From contig JBEUKZ010000103.1 of assembly GCA_048128005.1 (NCBI GenBank), positions 1 through 64,000 on the forward strand: 64,000 nt of DNA. The letters are read 5' to 3'. The notes below the pieces were generated by a model. The model was not told where the DNA came from. It ran no database searches and saw only the letters and a list, made by a program, of their open reading frames with translations. Positions 1 to 10,849 of this stretch are shown here, piece by piece. Origin of the DNA: Veleropilina oligotropha (lineage: Eukaryota). The position numbers were made by a program, and so were the translations under genes. Position 1 is the first letter of the stretch. Each line of letters starts with the position of its first letter.

Positions 1-249
1 GGTTAGGGTTGACCCACTTAGGGTTAGGGTTGACCTACTTAGGGTTAGGGTTGACCTACTTAGGATTAGTGTTGACCCACTTAGGGTTAGGGTGACCTAC
101 TTTACTTAGGGTTAGGGTTGACCCACTTAGGGTTAGGGTTGACCCACTTAGGGTTAGGGTTGACCTACTTAGGGTTAGGGTTGACCTACTTAGGGTTAGG
201 GTTGACATACTTAGGGTTAGGGTTGACCCAATTAGGGTTAGGGTTAGGA
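1..249 (+). repeat. 21-bp telomere-like tandem repeat (GGTTAGGGTTGACCYACTTAG)
   Basis: About 11 visible units, each junction forming TTAGGGTTAGGG. Confidence 0.95.
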
Positions 250-274
250 TATTTGGATATATTGTCATTTCACG

Positions 275-682
275 ATGAGCATTCGTATGGTGTTGACGTC
301 GACTGACAGCTCTGATTACTTTGAAAATACGCCCTATGATTTTCGCGTGCAATTGGATAGAGAAGTAAACTTTGATGGTCAATGGTCTGTGGCATTAACG
401 GAATTTTCGAGGAAAAAGTCCAAATTCAGAAGAGATCTATACGTATATTTCGATGCGTGTACAGAAATTTTTGTTGGAGGCAAAGAGGTGCCATTATTAA
501 GACGAGTTACAAATAGCAGTTCTGTAATATATCAAAATCCATATTATATTCCGTTGAAGCAGAGCCTATTGCACCACATCCATTTGTATATAAAAGATGC
601 TAATGACAACAAAGCTTCATTTCTGACCGAAACAGTGACGGTGACACTTCATTTTAAACATGTCAGGAAAACTGTATGTTAG
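275..682 (+). CDS. Polinton minor capsid (penton)-like protein, compact
   Basis: Motifs VLTSTDSSDYFENT..DFRVQL..GQWSVALTE, LYVY.D..VG....PLLRRV, YIPL..I.IKD..VTLHF match the remembered Maverick penton pattern. Confidence 0.7.
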   Translation: MSIRMVLTSTDSSDYFENTPYDFRVQLDREVNFDGQWSVALTEFSRKKSKFRRDLYVYFDACTEIFVGGKEVPLLRRVTNSSSVIYQNPYYIPLKQSLLHHIHLYIKDANDNKASFLTETVTVTLHFKHVRKTVC

Positions 683-1097
683 TGTGCCAGGACAATGGGA
701 TCAGATATATAAAGATTTATACGATGGTAAAGTCAGTTCATATTCTCCTTATCCACAAAAAAGAGGCATGGCTGGCATATATAGAACTCCCTACATGATC
801 CCCATGACTACACCGATGGCTGCAGTGAACGAAAGGGCAAAAGTCGAACACGAAAAAGATGAAAAAGAGGGCATTCCCCACATCGAATTGACAAAACAGA
901 ATATGATAAAGCTGAATGATCATAAACCTATTCAAATTAGAAAACAGATAAAAGCTGGAAATGAAACAAAAAGGGGAAAGAAGAGAAAATATATCAGTAT
1001 ACCAAAAGAAGTCAAGGAGGTCACATCGAAGATTGTTCCACAAAAGAAGTTTGTAATAGGAAGTCTTTTTTCTGGACCTCCAGGAAGCTATGCATAA
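660..1097 (+). CDS. Maverick-associated hypothetical protein (basic C-terminus)
   Basis: 145-aa ORF overlapping both flanking Maverick genes. Confidence 0.55.
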   Translation: MSGKLYVSVPGQWDQIYKDLYDGKVSSYSPYPQKRGMAGIYRTPYMIPMTTPMAAVNERAKVEHEKDEKEGIPHIELTKQNMIKLNDHKPIQIRKQIKAGNETKRGKKRKYISIPKEVKEVTSKIVPQKKFVIGSLFSGPPGSYA

Positions 1098-2517
1098 GTG
1101 TATTGATTGCCTCAAAACATTTTCTAGACAAGATGCATTGCGGAGACATTTCAGCCAAAAACATGTCATTGCAACCATTTATCCGCCACCACCACCACCA
1201 CCACCACCACCACCACCACCACCACCACCACCACCACCACCACCACCACCACCTTACACCTCATTTCAGTTACAACATCCCTTTACATTGACTGTCTCAG
1301 GCCCGACATCATCTGGAAAGACTTACTTAGTTAAAAATATTTTACTTCATGCCCGTATCTCTCCTGCACCACAAAGAATTATTTGGTTATACAAAAGATG
1401 GCAGCCACTGTATGATGTCGTCAAAACTAGTATTTCTGTTGAATTTATGCAAGGAATTCCACCAGACCTTGCCAATGATGAATTCTTAGATCCAAGAATA
1501 AGAAATGTTATTGTACTGGATGACCTCATGACCAGTAAAGATGAAAGCATCACCGATCTATTCACAGAAGGCAGTCATCATAGAAATCTCTCAGTTATAG
1601 CTATTAATCAAAACTTGTATCACTCTAAAGACCCCACACAGCGAAGAAATTGTCAATACTTGATATTATTCAATAGTCCTGTTGACAAGCAACTTGTTAT
1701 GACACTGGCAAGACAAATGTATCCTGGAAGTCCAGACAAACTCATGAAGCAATTTGAAGATGCAACGAAAGAACCCTATGGCTATATACTGCTGGATTTT
1801 AAAGTGCATACACCTGAAATGAATCGAATTCGATCAAATGTATTTGAGAGACATTATTTCAATGATGAGTCGAAAACGAGGCTCGCACAGACAAATGATC
1901 CAGTTATAGCAGGTGGATATAACCCATATATAAAGCAACATGTATCAGAGATTGATCATTATTATAGCAGCAGCGAAGAGGAAGACATGATCGCCTGCAA
2001 TTATTGTGGCTTATTATTTGATCATAATTCAAGCTTACAAGAACATATAAAAGATTGGTGTCATGGAAATTCTAAAAAAAGAAAATTAGACTTGGACATA
2101 ATCAATAAAGAATCAAAAATGATTGATGAAGAATCAAAAGTGTTTGATCAACTCATGAAGTTAAGCCATGATCAAAATAAAGCACTCTTTGAAGGAAAAT
2201 ATGAAAGATACATCAAGGAAGGGTTGAACGACGAAGAGGCCGCGGAAAAAACAAACGCCAAGTTATATCTTGAGGATTTAGTACAAGTCATGAATAAATA
2301 TAAGGAAATACTGTTCTACATTAAAAGATTAAGACACGGAAAAGTACATAATAAGGTGTTGGACAAAATGGATAAATACTTAGAACGTGGTCATGGTTCA
2401 AAAGCCTCTATCAATATGGCCGTGACAAAATTACAACCTGAAATCGAAACATACTGGCAAACTGAATCTTCTGACGGTGAAGGAGACAGCATGGAGCTGG
2501 ATGAAGACAATGAATAA
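1090..2517 (+). CDS. A32/FtsK-like packaging ATPase with N-terminal C2H2 finger, 24-Pro linker and C-terminal extension
   Basis: HPFTLTVSGPTSSGKT Walker A, IVLDDL Walker B, GSHHRNLSVI..NQN motif, PYGYILLD; CxxC-x12-HxxxxH at the N-terminus. Confidence 0.9.
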   Translation: MHKCIDCLKTFSRQDALRRHFSQKHVIATIYPPPPPPPPPPPPPPPPPPPPPPPPYTSFQLQHPFTLTVSGPTSSGKTYLVKNILLHARISPAPQRIIWLYKRWQPLYDVVKTSISVEFMQGIPPDLANDEFLDPRIRNVIVLDDLMTSKDESITDLFTEGSHHRNLSVIAINQNLYHSKDPTQRRNCQYLILFNSPVDKQLVMTLARQMYPGSPDKLMKQFEDATKEPYGYILLDFKVHTPEMNRIRSNVFERHYFNDESKTRLAQTNDPVIAGGYNPYIKQHVSEIDHYYSSSEEEDMIACNYCGLLFDHNSSLQEHIKDWCHGNSKKRKLDLDIINKESKMIDEESKVFDQLMKLSHDQNKALFEGKYERYIKEGLNDEEAAEKTNAKLYLEDLVQVMNKYKEILFYIKRLRHGKVHNKVLDKMDKYLERGHGSKASINMAVTKLQPEIETYWQTESSDGEGDSMELDEDNE

Positions 2518-3024
2518 ATGTATTTAATATAATGAAAGTGATTAATAAATAATAAATATAATAATTGATTTGTTTTTATTGACAATGTCTGTGTGAAATA
2601 TACTACTGAGAGAGCATAGCAGATGACATAGAAATGTCATGCGGTAAAACTAATCACTATGAATAGTATATGTGAACATATGATTCAATGTAATTACAGC
2701 AGCTACCAGATTAACCAATCAGCGAGCGCCTCTTATCGAGCGATGGCAACAGCCAATCACAGCCATCCTCTCTGTTTCAACAGCCAATCAGCGATAACTT
2801 CCGGTCATGTAATGATGGAAAAACCCAACAGGCTATTTATAGTAACAATGTGACTATATATAGTAACATCACGGATGTATAAATAATCAGTTGACGACAA
2901 TATGATCAGATGCGTTATGAACCTTCAGCATGAACAATGACCGGCCAATGTAAATATATAATTGTTTGGTGAAAAAATCGCTATATAACACTTATATAGT
3001 TCATCTAATCATAATCACATAACT

Positions 3025-3106
3025 GCATCGGTGGGCGAGTGGTTAGCGAATTGGACACTCAACCGAGGCAGCCAGGATGGCTCAGGTTCGAGGCCAGCCG
3101 GCGGCA
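3025..3106 (+). other. tRNA-derived Pol III promoter-like sequence (SINE head or degenerate tRNA)
   Basis: A-box-like TGGGCGAGTGG and B-box-like GGTTCGAGGCC; stems imperfect. Confidence 0.45.
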
Positions 3107-3254
3107 TATGCTTCCGCTTAAAATAATAGATGAAATAAATCGGGCAGATATACCGTAAACCTTGTGTTCATCTGATCAAATGGAGATGTTAAACAGTCCG
3201 ATATGAAATAAATGCATCACAAACTGCATTGAAAAATATAATTATCATTATATG

Positions 3255-3790
3255 TTATTCATATAGGGGTAATAGAAACTGAACACAGTTGCCTCCCCCT
3301 AATTCGTTCAATAAAATAGAGACGTTAATCGGACGTGTATATAATATGCTTCACACGTGGCTATGTAATAAATATAGCCTCGCTAACTACCAGTATATGT
3401 CATTCATATAGGTGTAATAGAAACCGTACACGGTTATCTCCCCCTAATTAGGCCGATCAAATAGAGACGTTAAACAGTCAGGTATATATATATAATAATA
3501 TGCTTCATATGTGGCAATGTAATAAATATTACCTCCCTAGCTAACAGCATATAAGCTTCAAATAAGGGGTAATAGAAACTGTACACAGTTATCTCCCCCT
3601 AATTAGGCTGATCAAATAGAGACGTTAAACAGTCATGTATATATATATAATAATATGCTTCATATGTGGAAATATATATATATATAACCTCTCTAACTAA
3701 CAGTATATGTTATTCATATAGGGATAATAGAACCCGTACACAGTTATCTGCCCCATAATTCGTCTGATCAAATGGAAATGTTAAACGGTT
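3255..3790 (+). repeat. ~150-bp tandem repeat, about 4 diverged copies
   Basis: Recurring ggggtaatagaaactgtacacagttatctcccccta...aaatagagacgttaaacagtc near 3262, 3408, 3562, 3718. Confidence 0.85.
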
Positions 3791-4294
3791 CAAGCATAGA
3801 TCTATCCCCCCTCCCGTTTTGGTTAATATGAGAGGGTATTTACTATTTATTTATCATTATATGAAAGCATTTAGGCTGATATCTGAATTTTCTTAAAAAA
3901 TAACGAATGAGTGCAAGAATGCAGGGATAACGGAAATTCCCGGCTTTACTCGAAAGGGGATTACACAATCAGCTGAAATCGCAGTAATGACGGATTAGTC
4001 ATAATCTATAAATAGTTACAAGAAACTCTATATAAGCAGAGGAATTCAAATAATATAACCGACTGTGAGCTGGTTTTAATACTGTATGTTATGATACAAG
4101 TACTTGTCATATATTAGCGTTGAGAATTAATCATAATTGCTAATAATTAACTAATAATTCTTCGTTATACCAGCATTATAAGCATATTTCGTTTTCAAAT
4201 GACATTATATCTGTTGAATCTCATCGCTATTTATTTATCTACATACCGCTCTGATATTATTGAGTATTCGCTAAATATGGCAACAAACCATATA

Positions 4295-5078
4295 GCTAGC
4301 CCACGGGCCATTGACGCTAAACAGAAATATGAACGAAATCCATCACCGACTTGCTACCCACCCACTGATTACGTATAATATATAAGAGGGCATCCATCTT
4401 TAATTTTTCCGGTTATTCACTTGCCCCGCTTCGAATCGCATTTCACCTACCAGAAGCAACAGTAATAAACGAAACGTACTATCATGCAATGCATTACATA
4501 CTTATCTTCGCCCCACTTGCCTCGTTAGAACAGAACAGCCGATCCGATAACGATAAAAGCGACATTTGTTCGTCCCTTGGGCCACATCTTCTAAGCTTGT
4601 CGAAATTTTTCCACAAATATCCATACCACGCATGCGCCGATTGTGCTTCGCTATACATCGTGTATGGATGCAAGGGAAATAACTCGTCTCTGTTTTCCCT
4701 TGCGTCCATACACGATGTATAGCGAAGCACAATCGGCGCATGCGTGGTATGGATATTTGTGGAAAAATTTCGACAAGCTTAGAAGATGTGGCCCAAGGGA
4801 CGAACAAATGTCGCTTTTATCGTTATCGGATCGGCTGTTCTGTTCTAACGAGGCAAGTGGGGCGAAGATAAGTATGTAATGCATTGCATGATATTACGTT
4901 TCGTTTATTACTGTTGCTTCTGGTAGGTGAAATGCGATTCGAAGCGGGGCAAGTGAATAACCGGAAAAATTAAAGATGGATGCCCTCTTATATATTATAC
5001 GTAATCAGTGGGTGGGTAGCAAGTCGGTGATGGATTTCGCTCATATTTCTGTTTAGCGTCAATGGCCCGTGAGCTAGC
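4295..5078. repeat. 784-bp near-perfect palindrome (fold-back)
   Basis: Arms 4295-4679 and 4694-5078 are reverse complements; mirrored ORFs 4489..4722(+) and 4651..4884(-); 14-bp loop. Confidence 0.95.
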
Positions 5079-5417
5079 CTAGGCCTAATACGCGATCGAT
5101 AGCAATTTTCCACTGATAATTCGATGTTATGTCAACCTTAAAATGATTATAGGTATATTTCGTATTCAAATGACATTATCTGTTGAATTTCATCGTATAT
5201 ACTTACTTATAAGTCGATTTTAATCGCTTTATTCGCTTAATCCGAACAAAGGCTTTCACGGCAACAAACATGTCGCATGACAGCTGTATACATACCAATT
5301 CGCCCAAATTGCAGACCTTCCAATATGACTCGGCAATGTCTATAGCATTGGAAAATACATTTGAATAAACACTGAACAATATAGTTCATCTAGACAGAGG
5401 AAACCTAAGGTTATACC

Positions 5418-5760
5418 TACCACATCCCCGGAACAGGGTTGGGTCGCCCGGGGGTATGCCCCCACCCCTGACAAAACCCCACCCCCGGGGAAATGCACAA
5501 AACTAACAGGGAAAACCTTGGGTTAAACACCAAAAACATAGGGTTAAACGACGAAAGCATAGGGTTATACTGCCCCCACACACCCCCGGAACAGGGTGGA
5601 GTGCCCGGGGGGTATGCCCCCACCCCAATACCCCACCCCCGGGGGGAAATGCACAAAACTAACAGTGAAAACCTTGGGTTAAATGGTGAAAACATAGGGT
5701 TATACTGGCCCCACACCCCCGGAACAGGGTGGAGTGCCCGGGGGGTATGCCCCCACCCCC
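5418..5760 (+). repeat. GC-rich subterminal direct repeats, about 2.5 copies
   Basis: Recurring ccccggaacagggtggagtgcccggggggtatgcccccacccc. Confidence 0.8.
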
Positions 5761-5939
5761 AATGCCATAGATTGTCGGTTCAATCTGCTTATACATTGTG
5801 ATTTTTCACTATATTACATCAGAATGTAACATATAATGATAGCGGATTACAGAGTTTAGTCTTAATGATAGAGAATAATACTATTTGATATCAGATTCGG
5901 ACTGGTGATATATGGGAGTTGAACAGTGTTTAGTGACAT

Positions 5940-6255
5940 TGGGTTGACTTAGGGTTGATGACCTACTTAGGGTTGGCCCAATTAGGGTCAGGGTTAGGGG
6001 TGAGGGGTTAGGGTTGACCCAATTAGGGTTAGGGCTGGGGTTAGGGTTAGCCGCCATATGGGTTGACCTACTTAGGTTGACCTACTTAGGGTTGGTGACC
6101 TACTTTGGGCTGACCCACTTAGGGTTGGTGACCTACTTAGGGCTGACCCACTTAGGGTTGGTGACCTAGTTAGGGTTGACCTAGTTAGGGTTGACCTAGT
6201 TAGGGCTAGGGGAAACGCCCAAAACCTAGGGTTAGAACCCTAATCTGACCCTAAA
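5940..6255 (+). repeat. Degenerate telomere-like subterminal array of the Maverick
   Basis: Variants of ttagggtt(ggt)gacc(c/t)ac, related to the array at 1-249 and in the same orientation. Confidence 0.9.
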
Positions 6256-6384
6256 ACCACGTCACTACTACTCACGTCCTCCGTGAACATAATGTCCCAT
6301 GGTGTTTCATTTCTCGCATCTTCTGTCAGAAAATCCATGCATGATAATAAGAAACAGGAAAGGGCTTGCTACGGAAGCGTATTA

Positions 6385-8190
6385 CTTGAAAAACTATTTA
6401 ACACAATGCTTGATAAAAGTATTTTCCCTAAAGCTTGGTCGACAGGTATCATTGTCCCAATCCCAAAGAAAGGAGACTTATCTGACCCAAATAACTATCG
6501 AGGAATATGTATTTCAAGTATATTTGGGAAAATCGTCACAAATATTCTGAATAAGCGACTTATTTCCTGGGCTGAATCCAATGAAAAATTAAACGTATCG
6601 CAATTTGGCTTTCGACCAAATCATAGCACGATAGATTGTATTTTCATCTTACAGAGTATAATATCAGATACACTCGCTAATAAGAAAGAACTATTCTGCA
6701 CATTTATTGATTTCCAAAAGGCGTTTGATAAAGTTAACAGAGACATTTTATATTACAAGTTATGGAAAGGCGGTGTAAGTACAAAACTGGTAAAAATGAT
6801 CAAATGTATGTATAGCGAAGTCGAAATTTGTATTAAGCATAACTTTGAAACATCTGAACCATTTAGAAGCTATCAAGGTGTGAAACAAGGCGAACCAATG
6901 TCTCCTATTTTGTTTCTATTCTTTATAAATGACTTCCTATCAAATTATGTTCCGCAACGGGAAGCAGACCTTATTTCCATCGAAACGCTGGTCCTGTTTT
7001 CGTTACTTTTTGCCGATGATGCGGCCCTGTTTTCAACATCACGCAATGAAATGCAAAACCAAGTAAATCAGCTGGAGGAGTACTGCCGAAAATGGAACAT
7101 TACTGTCAATATAGATAAAACAAAGGCTATGGTATTTACCAGAAAGCGGGCTCACGTTAACTATAACTTCAAAATTGGAAATAATTGCATTGAACAGGTT
7201 GATTCATTCGTATATCTTGGCATACTCTTACATAAAAGTGGGAAACTTAGCTTCTCACAAAAGCGTCAAGCAAGACAAGGAGAGCGGGCTTTATCTGGGT
7301 TAAATCAGTTATTGAATACATTTTATTTTAAAGCAGAAACTCAATGCAATATGTTTGATTCTCTTGTTAGTCCCGTCCTTAACTATGGTGCAGAGATATG
7401 GGGGTTTGAAAAAGCGGAAGATGTCGAAAGGGTTCATACTAAATTTTGTCTCAAATGCTTACAAGTAACAACAAGTGCTCCAAACCAATTTCTGTATGGA
7501 GACTTGGGAAGATTGGCAATGATTGTGAAAAGGAAAGAGATAATCCTAAGATACTGGATTAAACTAATAAACAACCAGGATTCGTTACTATACAGTGTAT
7601 ACTCTTGTGAAAGACACAAATGTGACAGAGCCAATGCTAACAATTGGGCTTCTTCGGTTAGGAATCTACTGAACGAATTAGGATTGAATATATTCTGGAT
7701 ACAACAAGATACATTACATTTATCATTTTCAATGTTGATCGAACGCTTACATGACCAGTTCAAGCAATTATGGCACACTGGCGTTACTAATTCATCAAAA
7801 TTACGCCTCTATGCACAATGTAAAGATTCATTACATTTTGAAAGATATTTGTCCATAAATAACCAAAGTCTTAGAAAAGTAATATCACGTATTAGAAGCG
7901 GCACATGTCAACTTGCCGTTGAACAGGGTCGATTTCAGGGAGTTGACAGAAGTCAAAGACTTTGCCAACAATGTAATCAAGGTGTTATGGAAGATGAGTA
8001 TCATTTTATCCTGGTGTGCGCTAAATATAGAGACATTAGGATGAAATATTTACCCAAATATTATAATAGATGGCCGTCAATCCAGAAATTTGTTAATTTA
8101 ATGTCATCGGATTCAAAAAAGATTTTAGTAAGCCTTGGTCTCTATATAAAACATGCTCTAAAAGTTAGAAATATCAGTGCAACTATCTAA
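6385..8190 (+). CDS. LINE ORF2 reverse transcriptase with C-terminal CCHC knuckle (partial)
   Basis: NYRGI, QFGFR, FIDFQKAFD, GVKQG, FADD, C..C....EDEYHF..C. The first ~34 codons of the tracked ORF are flanking DNA. Confidence 0.92.
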   Translation, partial: LEKLFNTMLDKSIFPKAWSTGIIVPIPKKGDLSDPNNYRGICISSIFGKIVTNILNKRLISWAESNEKLNVSQFGFRPNHSTIDCIFILQSIISDTLANKKELFCTFIDFQKAFDKVNRDILYYKLWKGGVSTKLVKMIKCMYSEVEICIKHNFETSEPFRSYQGVKQGEPMSPILFLFFINDFLSNYVPQREADLISIETLVLFSLLFADDAALFSTSRNEMQNQVNQLEEYCRKWNITVNIDKTKAMVFTRKRAHVNYNFKIGNNCIEQVDSFVYLGILLHKSGKLSFSQKRQARQGERALSGLNQLLNTFYFKAETQCNMFDSLVSPVLNYGAEIWGFEKAEDVERVHTKFCLKCLQVTTSAPNQFLYGDLGRLAMIVKRKEIILRYWIKLINNQDSLLYSVYSCERHKCDRANANNWASSVRNLLNELGLNIFWIQQDTLHLSFSMLIERLHDQFKQLWHTGVTNSSKLRLYAQCKDSLHFERYLSINNQSLRKVISRIRSGTCQLAVEQGRFQGVDRSQRLCQQCNQGVMEDEYHFILVCAKYRDIRMKYLPKYYNRWPSIQKFVNLMSSDSKKILVSLGLYIKHALKVRNISATI

Positions 8191-8560
8191 AATGACATTT
8201 TGCACTACATAAATGTACCTATTTGGCGTGGGCATTGTTCATTTATATGGCAGTATATTTTAATGCATCCATGTCCTGTATATTAGTGAATATGTTTGTA
8301 TAAATAATTATGTGTACAGTTTGTACATTCATTATGTGTATATATAAATGTATTAATATATAATATAATGTTATATAAATATTAATGTCAATGTACATAA
8401 ATTAGTTAAAAATGTAATGGTGATCCTTCATCATGATGTTACAGCGTTTGAAATGTATATGTATCCTGGCAGCATGCCGAATGAAATTTGTTTATACAAT
8501 AGCTAAAAACATGTATATGTTTATAGCATGAATAAAATTTGAAATATTAAAAAAAAAAAA
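6385..8560 (+). mobile_element. 5'-truncated non-LTR retrotransposon (RTEX-like)
   Basis: RT ORF, AATAAA at 8531, poly-A to 8560, TSD TATTA at 6380-6384 and 8561-8565. Confidence 0.9.
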
Positions 8561-8589
8561 TATTAATGCCACGATGTAAAAAAAATTAT

Positions 8590-9660
8590 CACGTAATTAG
8601 GTGTTACTAACTCCTAATTAGGACTTACTAACTCCTAATTAGGACTTACTAACTCCTAATTAGGTGTTACTAACTCCTAATTAGGTGTTACTAATTCCTA
8701 ATTAGGACTTACTAACTCATAATTAGATGTTACTAACTCCTAATTAGGTGTTACTAACTCCTAATTATGACTTACTAACCCCTAATTAGGGGTTACTAAC
8801 TCCTAATTAGGTGTTACTAACTCCTAACTAGGTGTTACTATCTCCTAATTAGGTGTTACTAACTCCTAATTAGGACATACTAACTCCTAATTAGGTGTTA
8901 ATAACTCCTAATTAGGTGTTACTAACACCTAATTAGCTGTTAACTAAGTCCTAATTAGGGGTTACCACTAACTCCTAATTATGAGTTAGTGAGCGTGTGT
9001 ACATATTCATAGATGATGCATTAATGTTTACCATCGTTTTGATATGGAGGACACTATTCGTGTTTGTTTTGCGCTCGGTCTCAGTTACCATGAAATTACT
9101 GAATTTGTCGACTGTCCAGTTCATGCACGCATACATTATTCAGTAGCATTCTGTCACCCAGATACGTTGACCCACTTGAGAGGAAATTCCGAGAACCCAA
9201 GCTCAGCGACAGCAAAACGATAGTAAAAGTGAATCCATCACCTTATTAGAACTTACTTGTAACTCCTAATTACGAGTTACCACTAACTCCTAATTACGTG
9301 TTAGTAACACCTAATTAGGAGTTAGAAGTAAGTCCTAATTAGAAGTTAGTAAGTCCTAATTAGGAGTTAGCAAGTCCTAATTAGGAGTTAGTAACACCTA
9401 ATTAGGAGTTAGTAAGTCATAATTAGGAGTTAGTAACACCTAATTAGGAGTTAGTAAGTCCTAATTAGGAGTTAGTAACACATAATTAGGAGTTAGTAAG
9501 TCCTAATTAGGAGTTAGTAACACCTAATTCGGAGTTAGTAACACATAATTAGGAGTTAGTAACACATAATTAGGAGTTAGTAAGTCCTAATTAGGAGTTA
9601 GTAACACCTAATTAGGAGTTAGTAAGTCCTAATTAGGAGTTAGTAACACCTAATTACGTG
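8590..9660. repeat. Inverted pair of 21-bp minisatellite arrays (taactcctaattaggtgttac)
   Basis: Array at ~8590-8990 and its reverse complement at ~9290-9660 around a unique spacer. Confidence 0.92.
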
Positions 9661-10849
9661 ATAATTTTTTTTACATCGTGGCATTAATACGCTTCCGTAG
9701 CTTGCCGCTGAATCTAAACGCACCCCGATACTAACCTTGAGTTTTAGGGTAAATGAATCAAACATGCAGCTTGTCCTATGTGCATTTTGTTATTTAACTG
9801 TTATGTCAGAACCCTCTACATGTCTGTATGTTTTTTAGTTCTATGCGTACCTCATCTTAATGGCTAGTATCATCACTAATACAGTATTGCCCATACCAAT
9901 CGGCGCACTGCTCCGGCACGTGTGCGAATTACTTTTTGTGGTATTATCTGTAGTGAAGCCATCTGGCATATGCATGCGCATCAGCGGCTTGGATTCTCCT
10001 GCACATTAAAGTATGGTAGTGTCACGGCCACAGTCAATATGACAGTATCATGAGTATATCGTTCTTCAAGACAAAATAATTTTACTTATGATATAATATG
10101 CTAATGGGAATGTGATTTTAACATAATATTATATTCCAACACATGTAACCTTTATATAAATGATGGTATTAACCATTATGGTAGCCACGCTAAATGACCT
10201 TTGCATCTTTGATGGCAATTTTGTAAAGCTATATAACCATGTATGTACCTACAAAATCGTTTCCTTCTATTATTATGCTTGAACATACCAGTGCGATGCC
10301 ACAAGGCTTAAAATTCACAGATCCATGATAGCGACGATATATATCCAATTTAACTCTTGTATGAAGATTATAACTATAGGCCTATATATACCCATCACAA
10401 AATCAAACGTATAATAGATTTAGATCACAAAAGGAAAGGAGGTCCAAGGCAAGACATGTCCATATTATCGCGAGAGAAAAGCACAGTTTTTCGGAAAAAC
10501 CCGCCTTCTCTGACTAGCTACCGACAACTGTGATTCAACTGAACAAATAAAGCCATGTGTCAACCGTGATTCGAACACACTACTTTTTGTGGTCATTGGA
10601 ATCAAGTGATTTTCGGAGTCTGCAACCGAAACGACTCAACTGTCGGAGCGGCAGGTAGATCACACAGACAGGGTGTTAATATTGTTCGATGAAAACAAGT
10701 AGAGCACTGCATTGTGCAATATGGCAGACTTAATGTTATATTTTTCATTAGTGTTCGCAAGAAGCATATTCATTGATGACTGTACCAGAGTATTGTCGTT
10801 CACGGTACATGTTGGTACAGCATTCTAATTCACGATGAAGTAGTTTTGT

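Larger units (their letters stand above)
1..6272 (+). mobile_element. Maverick/Polinton element, right-hand part (left part outside window)
   Basis: Penton-like and A32-type ATPase genes; ends in ACTACTACT at 6264-6272, the reverse complement of the AGTAGT Polinton terminus. Confidence 0.7.
6370..9699. mobile_element. Non-autonomous IS3EU-like DNA transposon with internal 21-bp arrays, interrupted by a LINE
   Basis: Termini TACGGAAGCG...CGCTTCCGTA; 6-bp TSD GCTTGC at 6364-6369 and 9700-9705; left TIR resumes at 8566 after the LINE. TAY..RTA with 6-bp TSD is the IS3EU signature as I recall it. Confidence 0.75.

Noticed and set aside
1..249. True telomere or CRISPR array
   Set aside because: Interrupted 21-bp units with no unique spacers; G-rich strand at the left edge is the wrong polarity for a chromosome end; ORFs 56..382 and 118..306 are repeat artefacts.
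1103..1291. Poly-His protein
   Set aside because: Alternative frame of the (CCA)n tract inside the ATPase gene.
3255..3790. Hammerhead ribozymes in the 150-bp repeats
   Set aside because: Core reads CTGATCA rather than CTGANGA and is not conserved among units.
4489..4884. Four short ORFs as a gene pair
   Set aside because: Mirror images produced by the palindrome; no recognisable motifs.
8590..9660. CRISPR-like array
   Set aside because: Head-to-tail 21-mers without spacers, inside a TIR element.
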